From: Saprolegnia diclina VS20
Taxonomy: Eukaryota
Length of the DNA stretch: 64,000 nucleotides
Assembly (NCBI RefSeq): GCF_000281045.1
Contig: NW_008246090.1
Coordinates: 569,653-633,652 of the forward strand
Reading direction: 5' to 3'
Shown one piece after another: positions 1 through 11,500 of the stretch. How positions within the stretch are numbered: position 1 is the first letter of the stretch; every line of letters begins with the position of its first letter. Under the pieces are notes generated by a model, which saw only the letters and a program-made list of their open reading frames with translations, made no database searches and was not told the DNA's origin. A program made the translations under genes and the position numbers.

Positions 1-633
1 ACGGGCTTGACGCGGGGCACAGGCGCTGTTCGCGTCGGCATCAGCACATACTTGACCGCCTAAATGTACCATTTCGTAAGCAAATCCAATGGTTCTCGTC
101 TCTACTACCATGGCCTCGCCAAACGCGAACGGCAGCGCGCTGTAGAACGGAATGTTGAGCAGCGACGACGGCACAATGCGGGGTTTCGACAGCGCCTTGA
201 GGCGGCGCCACTTGCCTTTGACGACCATCTTGGTCTTGAAGACCGCCGGCGAGTCGCGCAGGCTGTCGCGGAGGAGCTTGGCCGTGCCAAGAGCCACCGA
301 TGGGCTGCTCACGAGCAAAAAGTCCTGGCTACGGGGCTCGGTCGACTCGGGAATCTTGTCGCCAGGCACGTGCAGCAGCTTGATGGACAGGCCACGCACG
401 TCCTTGACGTCGTCAGGCTGCACGACAGGCGACGCATTTGACAAGCGGACGTACGCCGAGTACGTCTTGGGCGATGCAAAGAGGCCAACACGAAGCGCGT
501 CTGGAAGGTCGGGCAGCACCTCGAACGAGGCTTCGCACAGCGCCAGCGTCTTGGCGTGGCCCTTGCGGCGGTGACCCACGAGGCTTGCCAGGATGCGCGC
601 CTCGCTGACGTCGACGTGCTCACTCGCGTGCAT
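1..633 (-). CDS. Catalase-related heme protein (small catalase-like family), 3' end outside the window
   Basis: Manual translation: MHASEHVDVSEARILASLVGHRRKGHAKTLALCEASFEVLPDLPDALRVGLFASPKTYSAYVRLSNASPVVQPDDVKDVRGLSIKLLHVPG...QDFLLVS...FYSALPFAFGEAM|AVKYVLMP. These match the catalase-fold motifs HAK, VRxSN, DxRGxxIK, QDF, S..PF..G and AVKY. Intron 60-108. CCAAT-type box (gattgg) at ~658; an alternative in-frame ATG lies at 756. Absent from the ORF track because the frame runs off the window. Confidence 0.8.
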   Translation of the reverse strand, partial: MHASEHVDVSEARILASLVGHRRKGHAKTLALCEASFEVLPDLPDALRVGLFASPKTYSAYVRLSNASPVVQPDDVKDVRGLSIKLLHVPGDKIPESTEPRSQDFLLVSSPSVALGTAKLLRDSLRDSPAVFKTKMVVKGKWRRLKALSKPRIVPSSLLNIPFYSALPFAFGEAMVVETRTIGFAYEMVHLGGQVCADADANSACAPRQAR

Positions 634-821
634 AAGTGCAAAGTGACCATGGGCGCTGATTGGCCACTTGGCGTGCGACGCGATCTTGGCTTTGTTGAAG
701 CACCCAGCGTGTGCTTGCTGCGACGTGTACGCTTGTACGCTGCACACAACGACCATGAATCGACGAGCTGTATACGAATGTACTAGACAAGGTGTCCGTG
801 TTGATGTACATATTGTCGTGC

Positions 822-2615
822 TTAATCTTGTGGCGATTGATTCAAAACTGCGCGGTCTGTGAACCGATCGTCGTTATCCCGGCGACGACCGGCGGTCGGC
901 GAGGCGTATGCGCCGCTGCCGAGCACCGCGCCGTACCGCGCTTCCGGGTCATGACCGGCCGCGTCGACAACACCACGCTCTTCCATGACATGCGTATTAC
1001 TACTGCGCTGGCCCATGATTTCGGCGGCGAGACGCGCAGCGGCAGCCTCCTGCGCCGGCGTCCCCGCCGTCCGCGCCGTCGTATACAGCGACTCGTCGTA
1101 GCCCGACGTGACACCAAAGAGGCGTTCGTTGGCTTCAAACTGGTCCCACGTCGTGGCATTTGTCGCTTCGAGGTCGCCGGTGACGCTCGCGATCGCGTCG
1201 TCGTCGGGCTGCCACGCCTCGAGGTCGCGCCCCGCCAGCGCACCCGAGGCAGCCGCCGCACTGCGAGGTGCAGCGTTGAAGGACGCTGGCATCGGGGCCA
1301 CGTCAAACGGTGCGAGCTCAAGCGGCTTGGCGGGCACGGCCTTGGGCGATATGGGCACGAGCGGCTTGTACAGCGGCGCGGCCGGTACCACCGATGGCGG
1401 TGCTTGCTGTGCCGCTTCCTTGTGCTGCTTGCGCGCCGCGAGGTGGGCTTGAATCGTTGCCAGGCTTGCTTTGGGCCAGCGCTTGAGCTCTTCCTTCTTG
1501 AGCGACTGGAACGACGCGCCCGATTCCAAGAGGTACGCGACGACATCGACTTGGCCAAACTTGCACGCCCACGCGAGCGCCGAGTTGCCGTGTGCGTCAC
1601 TGCGCTCGACGAAGGCCTTCCACGCCGCTGGCGTATCGATCGCATTCCGCAGCGCCGAGACGAGGTGGAGGCTGCCGGCGCCGGCCGACGCCATGAGGAA
1701 CGTCGCGTGCGTCGTGGGGTCGACAAAGGCTGCGAGTGTCTCGATTGAGACATCGCCGGCCTCGAGGGCGGCGTGGACGCTGGCAAACTCACCGGTCGCC
1801 GCGTCCTGCAGCAGCCGCCCGAGCTGCCGGCTTTGGTGCAGCTCGTCGACGCGCGCCTTCTCGGCCGGCGTCTCGCAGCTCTTGCCGACGAGGTCGAGGA
1901 GGAGTGCATTCGCCTCGTCCGTGTACGCCAATGCATGCTCCATGTCCCCGAGTTCGTGGTAGATGGCCGACATTTGGTGCAGCGTGTCGGCCAAGAAGTC
2001 GTCGTGGCCGTCGCCCGCGCGTTGGATGTCGCCGCGAATGCGGTGGTAGCACTTGAGCGCCATGCGGAGATACCCCTGCTTCTTGTAGGCAAATGCAAGC
2101 TGCGCGAGAAGCGGCAAGAACCAGTCGAGCGATGGCGGCGACGGGAGCGCGACGATCTTCTCCCACGATGCGCACGCTTCCTTCCACATCTCGTCCGACA
2201 TGTAGCTGTATCCTTCCTTGTACATGTCTTGGACGTCGGACGGCGCGCTCTGGAACGCAACAGCGGACGCGGGGATGTCATTGGCGGCGGCCTTTTGCTC
2301 GAAAATGGTCTTGCCTGTCGCTGGCGCACCAATTGTGACGCTGCGCGCCCTGGCCTCAAGCGCGTCGACGGTTGCTTGGAGGCGGCGGTGCTCGGCGTTC
2401 TTGCCCGTCACGACAAAGGTCGTCTTGCGCGCCGCATTGCGCAGCGCCTTTGTGCTCTTCTCGGTCCTGGTCTCGAGGTTGTGGCGCGGGGAGAGCGTCC
2501 GCGCGGGCAGGCCGGCCTTGCGGCGCGCCGAGGCGGAGGCCAAACGCAGGAACTCGTCGTCCGAGCCCGAGTCCGAGTCGTCGTGGACCTGCGGTCGAGG
2601 CGACTTGGGCGTCAT
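822..2615 (-). CDS. TPR + ankyrin repeat + LsmAD-domain protein
   Basis: Single long ORF (track 822..2753; ATG at 2615 preferred). TPR-like helices (LAQLAFAYKKQGYLRMALKCYHR; LADTLHQMSAIYHELGDMEHALAY), ankyrin repeats (HGNSALAWACKFGQVDVVAYLLESGA) and a C-terminal LsmAD signature (WDQFEANERLFGVTSGYDESLYTT...ARLAAEI...HVMEERG...EARYGAV). Confidence 0.8.
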   Translation of the reverse strand: MTPKSPRPQVHDDSDSGSDDEFLRLASASARRKAGLPARTLSPRHNLETRTEKSTKALRNAARKTTFVVTGKNAEHRRLQATVDALEARARSVTIGAPATGKTIFEQKAAANDIPASAVAFQSAPSDVQDMYKEGYSYMSDEMWKEACASWEKIVALPSPPSLDWFLPLLAQLAFAYKKQGYLRMALKCYHRIRGDIQRAGDGHDDFLADTLHQMSAIYHELGDMEHALAYTDEANALLLDLVGKSCETPAEKARVDELHQSRQLGRLLQDAATGEFASVHAALEAGDVSIETLAAFVDPTTHATFLMASAGAGSLHLVSALRNAIDTPAAWKAFVERSDAHGNSALAWACKFGQVDVVAYLLESGASFQSLKKEELKRWPKASLATIQAHLAARKQHKEAAQQAPPSVVPAAPLYKPLVPISPKAVPAKPLELAPFDVAPMPASFNAAPRSAAAASGALAGRDLEAWQPDDDAIASVTGDLEATNATTWDQFEANERLFGVTSGYDESLYTTARTAGTPAQEAAAARLAAEIMGQRSSNTHVMEERGVVDAAGHDPEARYGAVLGSGAYASPTAGRRRDNDDRFTDRAVLNQSPQD

Positions 2616-2847
2616 GCGGTCGGTTTTCTTATGACACCGCGCGTGCCACGCGTAGATTGGTGCAAAGTCGGGCTTTTCAGTCCAAAGATTGGCTAAAATG
2701 ATTTCCTCTAGAAAGGCCATTGGGCGAGCTCGAATTAATGGACCAATCCGCACGTTGCATTTTCATCATTATATTTGACAGCATGATATGGTGTTTTGTA
2801 TGCGGAATAAAACAATCGGAATTCTATGACCGACCACCCAAGATCCC

Positions 2848-5513
2848 ATGGATCAAAACCTGACAGAGGCCAGCATGGAGCATGGGCTGGGAGGAGCGAG
2901 TCGGGGGGAGCCCATGAAGGGCCTCGGGGACATGCCAGACCCCGCGATAGACGACTTCCTCGTCGACGATGAGGTGCGCCCGCTGCAGCCCGAGACACAC
3001 CCCGAGCAGGCTGCAGTGGCATCGATTGCATCGCCTGCCCCACGAGAGGCGCCTGTAGAGCCGCCGGTCGCTACCAGCACTAACGGCATGCATGCAGCAT
3101 CTTCAGTACAACCTATTGTCCCAGCGGCCACGCCGACGACAGCCGACGAGCCGGTAGCGGCCAAACGCGCCGGACCGACCTTGGACGAGAGTGGCCCGAC
3201 CAAGCGCCCCAAGCCCATCGAGACGACCGTGCCGGCCATGTCGGCCGAGGCTCTAAAGACAGCACCTTCGTGGCTCACGCACCCAGCTACGCCGCCCGTC
3301 GTCGTCAAGCCCGTGCCCGCGACCGTGAGCACCGTCAAGCCGTGCTGGCTCTGCGGCCGCAACGACGGCCAAGTCTTGCCGTGCATGGGCTGCTTGATCA
3401 CAGTGCACGCCGAGTGCATTGGCGGTACGGTGCATCCGCCCGTTCTCTCGGATTTAACGACCTTGGCGACGTGTAGGTCACCAGCTCTGCGGCAGCTGCC
3501 GCCTCACGCAAGCCGCGCCCGCCTTTGAACCAGTCGCGAATAGCGACCCGACTACCGCTGCGGTGCGTATCGTGGACGCTGCATGCTGTCGCTCATGCAA
3601 AATAGATGGTCCGTGGCATTTCCTACATCCACTCGGTCATGTCCAAGCCGGACCTCTTCTCGCTCGTGGGGCACGTCTCGGTGCTGCACCTGCTCGAGCT
3701 CGCTGTCCACGCGCCGCCGGCCGTCAAGCCCATGGCCGAGTACTACATTCCTCAGTTTACACAGGTATGGAGAATATTGTCTTTTGTTTACGTTGTTGCG
3801 AACACACGTAGCGCTGGCTCCGGGACAAGCTCGTGGACGTTGTGACCAAGAAGCTCTCGACCAAAGACCTTATCAACGCCATCGTCGGTCTCTACAGGTC
3901 CGTAGACGTCCTTCGCATCTCAAACTGACAGTATGTATCGCTAGTCTCAAGCGAGCCAACGTCTCGAACGCGCTTGTCGAGGCCATCGCCGTGCAAATCG
4001 CACAGCACTCGGTCGTGGACCTCCTGGGGTGGGACCCGCGAAGGGAGCTGCCCAACGTCCGGTACTCGAACCTCTGTGGCGGCTGTGGCATTCGCAATGA
4101 CCGTCGAGTACGTGCTTGCTTGTCTACTTTGTTTCGGGCGATTTAAGGAGTCCACTGACAATGTCCTTAGGTCGTCAAGTGCAAGTGCGGTCGACTCTGC
4201 TCGTTTCCGTCTCTATACGAAGGGTTTCGGTCGACGTTTGTGATCGTCTACCACGCCGGTAATGACGCCATCTCTCAGAATGCGGCATACATGGAGGGTG
4301 GGCGTATGTAGAGCAAGTGGGCATGTCCATTGGGTGCAGCATTGTCGACGTGATCCAGCACTGGCCGGTGCTACGCAAGTGCTACATCACAAACCCGGCC
4401 TCGGTGCAGGAAAACACGCTCTACGGCGAGCAGTACGACCGTTGCGGTATGGTCCGTGGCCACTGTATCGATGTACTAGGCTCAAGATGATTTGCTCGCT
4501 CTTGGACCTCCTGAGCAACCACGGAACCCGGCTGTTCCACCCGTCGCTCTTTGCGCTCGAGCACAAGCTTCTCTTCAACGCCGACATGCTCCGGAAATGG
4601 ATGAATTCAACCATGTACGACCAGCTCGGCACGGCCCTGCACTGCATGCAGCTCTTCTCGGTGACGTCGCCCGCGCACCAGCAAGTGATTGCGACCTGCC
4701 GCACGTTTGTGAGCCAGCACCAGCAGCTGAACGGGTCGTGGGGCTTTGTCAACGAGACGCATAAATACGTCGACATTTTGCGCTACAAGGCGACGCACTC
4801 GTGTGTCAAGTAGGCAACGTTCACCTGTGCGATAGTCTCATACAGATACTGTGTAGGGCACTCATGTCGCCGATTGCATCCGGCTTTGGCCCGAGCCACG
4901 TCGACGTCCACGCGTACCTCCAACAGTGGACACCGACGCCGCACATGACACCCGCCGGCATCCACATCACACACCGTTCCTTTGACAACTTGCGCAAGAT
5001 GTACAAGGTAGGAATGTGGCAAGGCCGTATTGTATCAAGTTTGTATCAGGGCCACTTTGAGATTGGCAAGCCCGACGACGATGGCAACGTGTTGCGTGCC
5101 GCGATCCAGCAGCACCTGAGCAACCTCCTTCAAACGACGACCGAGGTAGACGATGCAACACAGACAAGTTGTCTTATGGCGTGTAGACCGATCCGGTCGT
5201 GACGCCGCGCGGCTGGCAGCGCTACACGCGGGATGTCTGGGACCGGGACACGGTCATCGAGTCGTACAACGTGCTCACAATGTCGGACCTCTCGATCTTT
5301 GACGGCCTCAAGTTTGAGGATGGTGAAGTGCTCGTTGCGGCCGACGAAGCCGCGGCCAACGCGCAGGACGACGACGACCTGCTCATCAATGACGACGAAG
5401 ACGATGACGACGATGACGTCATTGACACGGACACGGCCATTTTGGTCGATGACGACGACGACGACGAAGAGACAAAGACCAATGCCGACGGCGACGACGA
5501 CGACGCAGCGTAA
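2848..5513 (+). CDS. Multi-exon protein: PHD finger + helical (alpha/alpha toroid-like) domain with QxxNGSWG motif + acidic tail
   Basis: Spliced PHD (C4HC3): CWLC...LPCMGCLITVHAECIG|GHQLCGSC. Further exons: MVRGISYIHSV..., DLLGWDPRRELP...CGGCG, ...QHQQLNGSWG...RYKATHSC. D/E-rich end at 5340-5510. About 10 short GT-AG introns; some exon boundaries approximate. Confidence 0.65.
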
Positions 5514-5790
5514 CTACGACTGTAGACATTGTCTTTGCATACTGGCGCTGAGAATCCACGCCGTATCCTTGCTGTCGGGATACCTTCAACTCGGCTCTGC
5601 ACTTCCAACGGTCCATGAAGCTCCGTCGAGACACTCGCCGTCCACGTCATGGGATCGGGTTGCGGCGTTGGTCTGGTCATGCGATGCCAGTCTAGTCTAG
5701 GCTTGCAGACGCGCAGCACAACGCGAGGCAGGCAAGGACGCACGCAAGTCGGGGAAGCGTCATGACCTTACAGAGCGATGTCATTTGCGT

Positions 5791-7829
5791 TTACATTGTC
5801 GCGCGGGGCGCCCCGGGCCGCGCAAAGACTACGGAGCGCGACGTTCGCTCGACGCTGGCGGCCACGTCGCGCTCCGAGACGCCAATGTCGGGCAGCAAGG
5901 CCGCCCACGATTCGCGCGCCTAGGGTTCGGGCATGAGATGCTAGCCAAATTGGTGAGAGTGGACCTTGGCGTGGTAGGCAATGTGCGTCGTTGCGAGCGC
6001 GAGAAGCGACTGCTTGAGCTCGGCGGCTTTGCCCAAGTCGAGGCGCTGCGTCTCGACCTTGAGGCTCGATGCGATAAAGTCGACCTGCTCTTTGGCCGTG
6101 TTCATACGGTCTTCGGCCTACGACCGGTCGAGCGTCCGAGCGCGTGGGGCGCACGTACCGAGACCATTCTCTGCTCGGCAATCATGGCCGACGCCGCGGC
6201 CCCGCTGCTCGCACGCGCCGCCGCGAACCGCTCCTTGTTGCGGTGCATGGTCGCGCTCGCCAAGTGCACTTCCTTGATTGCGTGTTCCCGGTTGCTCAGA
6301 ACCGTCTACACAGGCACCGACACCTTGTCCACAGCAGCGCGTGACGAGCAGAGATACCTTGACAGCCCCAACTTTGCCAGCAAGGTATCGAATGTTGGAG
6401 ACGTAGTTGGCCAGCACCGCATCCAGCTACGATACAAGCGCTCCAAGTGGCTTGGCGTTGGCAGAAGAAGCGACGTACCTGGTCTTGATACACGAGTGAG
6501 AGGGCCTCAAAGCACTCGCCCGTGCTCTAGTGGAGCTCGATGATGAGCCTATGCTTACAAGGGTATGGCGTACGCCCATGAGCTGGCTTGTGGCCACGTC
6601 CATGCGCTCCTGCACGGCGAGGTTGGAGAAGTACGTGCCGCAACGCGAGAGCTCGTAGCCCTCCGCGCGCTGGGCCGTGTACACGACGTCCGAGCAGCGC
6701 ACGACGTCTTCAATGCGTTTCCGGTACACGTCGATGTGTTCGCCAATCTAGCAGCATATGATGGCAATATTGTCAATAGCGAACGATAGTACCTTGGTGT
6801 AGTCTTGGTCGGTCTTGATCTCGACAGCTTGCTGGACAGCCGAGACGAAGAGCGAGTCGCGCATCGAGCTCCATAACCCCGTGACCGACGAGGCTTTTGG
6901 CACGTAGGCCGCCACCGCGGGTTGGATGGCGAGGAGCTCCCGGCCGGCGACGAGGCCCTAAGTTCTGCTCGTTCGGCTTTGCGGTCGAGTGCAGCGCGTA
7001 CCTCGTTGTTGGCCGTGAGCATGATTTGCACTTCAAACGTCTTGGAGAGCTTTTCGTGGTTGCACACTTCGTTCTACGATGCATCATATTGTCTATCCAT
7101 CTCGAGACAAGCAGAAGACATTACGATAAAGTGCTCGAGCGCTTGCCGGCGCTCCTCGACAAAGGTGGCGTCCATGTTGCCAGTCCAGCGCTTCTCCGGG
7201 ATCGGCGGAATGATGGTACCACGGAAGCGGTGTGTGAGCCGCTGGTGCAGCCACTCGAAATCGCTAAACCGCCGGCGCACTTGGCACGACGTCATGGGGA
7301 AGAGAGGGCTGTCAGTCTAATGCATCGCTTGAGCTTCATGTTGCGTTCAACGCGTCATACGGTTGTCGACACAATGTACTGCGTGAACCGGCTGTAGCTT
7401 GTACCCACGACAGTGGGGCTGCTCACGCTGATCTGGAAATGGCGCTCGTGGCCCTCGGGCGGCGATGGCAACTAGGTACGACGATGCACGCGACGGACGC
7501 TCGGATGCTCGTACCACATTGTCCGGTGGGCCCTCGAGGTGAAAGTCGGGCAGCGGCAGTGGCGCACTCGCTTCGTACAAGAGCTGGAGCTTGCACTTGC
7601 CACAGCTCTGGACCAGCGCGACGAGCTTCATCGCGACAAACCACGAGTCCTTCCCGAGCTTGTCCTGCGATTTGCCGCCGCTCGCCAGCCGCCACACCTA
7701 CGCCAACGTCGCCATCGGCCATGGTCTTTCGCCTTGCACCTCGCGGTTCGCGTCGTTCTGTAGGTTGGCCCGGCGAATGAAGGCTGCGCCCTCGAGGCCG
7801 CCCACAAAGCCGTCGCCGTCATTGTCCAC
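5791..7829 (-). CDS. Sorting nexin with N-terminal EH domain, PX domain and BAR (Vps5-like) region; start falls in or beyond the N gap
   Basis: EH: VDNDGDGFVGGLEGAAFIRRANLQNDANRE|VWRLASGGKSQDKLGKDSWFVAMKLVALVQ. PX: VRRRFSDFEWLHQRLTHRFRGTIIPPIPEK...FVEERRQALEHF. Coiled-coil BAR-like exons end ...ARPGAPRATM* (stop 5791-5793). Confidence 0.8.
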
Positions 7830-7842
7830 CTGCGTCCTGCAT

Positions 7843-8006
7843 NNNNNNNNNNNNNNNNNNNNNNNNNNNNNNNNNNNNNNNNNNNNNNNNNNNNNNNNNN
7901 NNNNNNNNNNNNNNNNNNNNNNNNNNNNNNNNNNNNNNNNNNNNNNNNNNNNNNNNNNNNNNNNNNNNNNNNNNNNNNNNNNNNNNNNNNNNNNNNNNNN
8001 NNNNNN
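7843..8006. other. Assembly gap (N run)
   Basis: Run of n. Confidence 1.
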
Positions 8007-8576
8007 GATTTATCGAATTCTTCTTTTTGTCGCAGCGCCGCCCCGGATTGGTCAAAACTCGGCAGCCGCACTTACGAGAGCTTCAACTCGGAGATAGCTA
8101 TTGCTCATATAAGTACGCCATCCGGATACGTTGACCGACCAGGATTCTTGCTGCAACAGCTCGCTGCGCAGCGAGAGGAGCGAGCAACAGCCATTGTCAT
8201 TAGCAAGTTGTACGACTACGCACCCGCCTGTCGCCTTGCCGCCGACACCCCTATCTGCGGTTCATCGCAATAAGTATAAGTCTTTTTAGCCATAACTTCG
8301 TTATAAAACCACGGAAATTGACGGCTTGGAACCCGTCAAGATTTGTCCTTGGTCATCGTAAGACCTTAAGGCTGAGGGTCACGTGGTCATGGCGCCTATT
8401 ACAGGCGGCGTGGCGTGATGATGCAGGTGACAAGAGCGTCGTCACGCTGCGCCTGTGTCGCGTTGGACCTTGGCGAGAACCGGATATGGATACATCATCC
8501 GGATAGGAATCCGTTGTCCGGATAAGGACACTCGTCCGGATACGACGCATACACAGACACGAGTTTGTGATATTGG

Positions 8577-11500
8577 ATGATGACGACGACGACCAAGAAG
8601 CCGAGCTGCCCGTGCTGCCACGCGTCCTCGGTGCTGCTCCTCGAGCGCCGGCTGCTCTGGATCTGCGGCGCCTGTGAGCATACGTTTGCTGCGGCGTCGA
8701 GCGCGCAGCTCGTCTCGTTCGTCGGCTACACGCGGCCAAAGTTGAAGATCTTCCTCTCGTGTCGGCGAACCGCGCTCCATGGCACATGGCCTCACGCAGA
8801 CGCGTAGATGGGCACGACCACTACCAGCCCCTCGCCATGGCCATCAAGACGCAGCGTACGCCACACCTTGGTTCCGGGGCGCGGCTAATACCTTTGTCTA
8901 GTGCAGGAGCGAGGCCATTACGTCTGGGTCGACCACGAGCAGCTGACGCCAGGTACTTGCGTCCCTCGACTCACCTCTTATCGATCATGCAGGCTGCGAC
9001 TGGGAAACAGACATATCCAATGGCCTCAACCGCGTGAAAGAGGCCCAGGAGCACGGCCGTGTCTTGCTGCTCATGACGCCGCACGCGCTTCGGCGCCCGG
9101 ACGGCTATTGCCTCAACGAAATCGCGCGGGGTAGACGCCGCCACACGTTTCGATCGTCGTCTCACCTCCTCGACCTGTGTGCATAGCCATCACGCTGCGT
9201 CTGAGCATCTTCCCGATCTTCCTCGCCGCGTGCGAGCCGCCCGCGTCCATTTCGCACCTGCCGTACTTTGACATGCGGTCGGTGGTGCCAACGCGCGACG
9301 ACGAAGAGTCGCTCGACGCCTGGAACGCGCGCCTCGATACGGTTGTGCACAGCGCCGCGTTCCGTGACAGCGTCACCCGCTGCCTCAGCCTCCTCGAGCT
9401 CGTACGTCCTTCTTCGTTGGACGCGACTCGAAACATAGTGTATGCATAGTGCGACAGCATGCTTGCATATCCCATGGCCGCCATTGCCGGCGTCGACAAT
9501 GTCGGCTTGTGCCTCCCCCAGAGCCTCCCTTCGCCGCCGGTCGCCGCGCTCAAGCCCGAGGCCGGCGCGGCCAACTCGCGCTTTGTGTTTAGCTTTGGCG
9601 AGAAGTGCACGGAGCTAGCGCGTCGGCTGTATACCGACTTGACTGCCGCAGGCTTTGCGATCCACGACGTCTCGCTGCAGCCGCTGCGACCGCGCATGGC
9701 GGCCGAGCACGAAGACGCGCGTCGCAAGGCGCTCGACTGGGCCCAAGAAGAGAAGAACGGCAAGCTCGTGCTCTTCATTACGCCGGGCAGCGTCGGTCGA
9801 CCCCACGGCGTCTGCCTCAACGAGATCTCGCTCGCCATGTCCAAGGGCCTTGGGTTCGTGCCGCTCATGCTGCGTCCGTGCGAGATTCCGCTGAGCATTT
9901 GCCGCATCCAGTGGCTTGACATGTGCGACGTGTGTGCGGTCCACCGTCACGAGGCGTCAAATGAGATCGCGTGGGGCCTCCATGAAGCCCGGTACAAGAC
10001 CCGCTACCACCAGCTGCTCTCGGCCCTCGACGGCCAAATCGGCCTTGATCACGACGGCCAGCAAGCGCGGCTGTTTAGGTACCTACTACACATCGTTGGA
10101 TTGTACGATCGTTGTGGCTCATATGCCGCTAGCTTGCTCTCGCCGTTCTCGTTCCAGTCGCAGGTACGTCGCGCGGATGCTTTGCGGTCTACAGCCTAAA
10201 CGACACTTGCGTAGATTTCCAAGCTCACGCAGCTCTTTGTCGCACGCGAGTGGGTCCTCGCCAAGTACTTGACTCGCAACTTTCTTCGTAAGTATACTAT
10301 CCATATGTTGAATAGATACGATGCGTGGGTCCAGACACCGAACGGGAGCCGCATCTTTGTCATGTCGGGTGTCATTGGCTCGGGCAAAAGTGCTATTATG
10401 GCCCAAATTATTCAAAACCGCCCGGAAATTGCAGCCTTCCACTTGGCGTCGCACGAAGAAGACCAGACGCAGAGCGCGCGCCGGTGCGTGCTCAGCCTTG
10501 TGTACCAGCTCTCGACGCAGCTGCCCGAATATGCCAACGTGATCAAGTACACCTTCGCCACGTCTTTATTCTCCACTATCAAAAATTGACCTAGCTCTCA
10601 AGAGCCCCTCGAAGAAATCGTGCCCGTCAAGTCGCTCGTCGACCTCATCCACGCTCTTTTGATTGCACCGCTGAGTGCGATTGCGCACCCCGCGTCGATT
10701 CTGGTACGATGCCAATTTTACCAAATTTTTCCAACATTTTCCCACTCGGTTGCACCGAATTTCAACCCTATTTCCAAGAATTTCAAAAATTCGACCATTG
10801 ATGCTTGTAGGTGCTGCTCATCGATGGCATCGACTGCTTTGAACCGGGCTTTGTCGCCACGCTCACGGCCCACATGGACCTCTGGCCGTCGTGGGTGCGG
10901 TTCGTCTTTGGGACACGCGAGGACCCGAGTGTGCTCCAGACGCTCCAGGCGTACATGCCGCCCGCGGTCTCGCTGGACCCATCGCTTCCAGACTCGAAGC
11001 TCGACATCAAGGCGTATTTGCATCTCGCGCTGACGCCGCAACTGACGTCCGAGAGCCAAAGCAAGCGCAACGAGATCGTCGACTTCATTGCAGCGCGCTC
11101 CGAAGGGCTCTTTCTTTACGCGCGCCACCTCGTGAACGCGATCGCGGTCGGCCAGCTCCAGCTGAACCAGCTCGACGCGTTCCCAACCTCCATGGGCGGC
11201 TGCCTTCAGCACTGCTTTGATGCGCAGTTTCCGTCCATCGAGTACTACAAGGTTGTCTTTGATGCAAGGTATGGACGATAATGACGCAGCCGGTATCGAC
11301 GTAGAAGACGATCCGCCCCGTACTTGAAGTGCTCTGTGCCGCCAACGAGCCGCTGCCGCTGTCGATGTTCCGCTCCATCTTGGCGCTTGCGGTACGCAGA
11401 CTGTCGCGACATTATTCGTAAGACGCGGGGTAGGTCTACGAGCAGCAAGACATTCTGGCATGGTTTGGGTCGCTCTTTTACATAACCGACAGCGACATCA

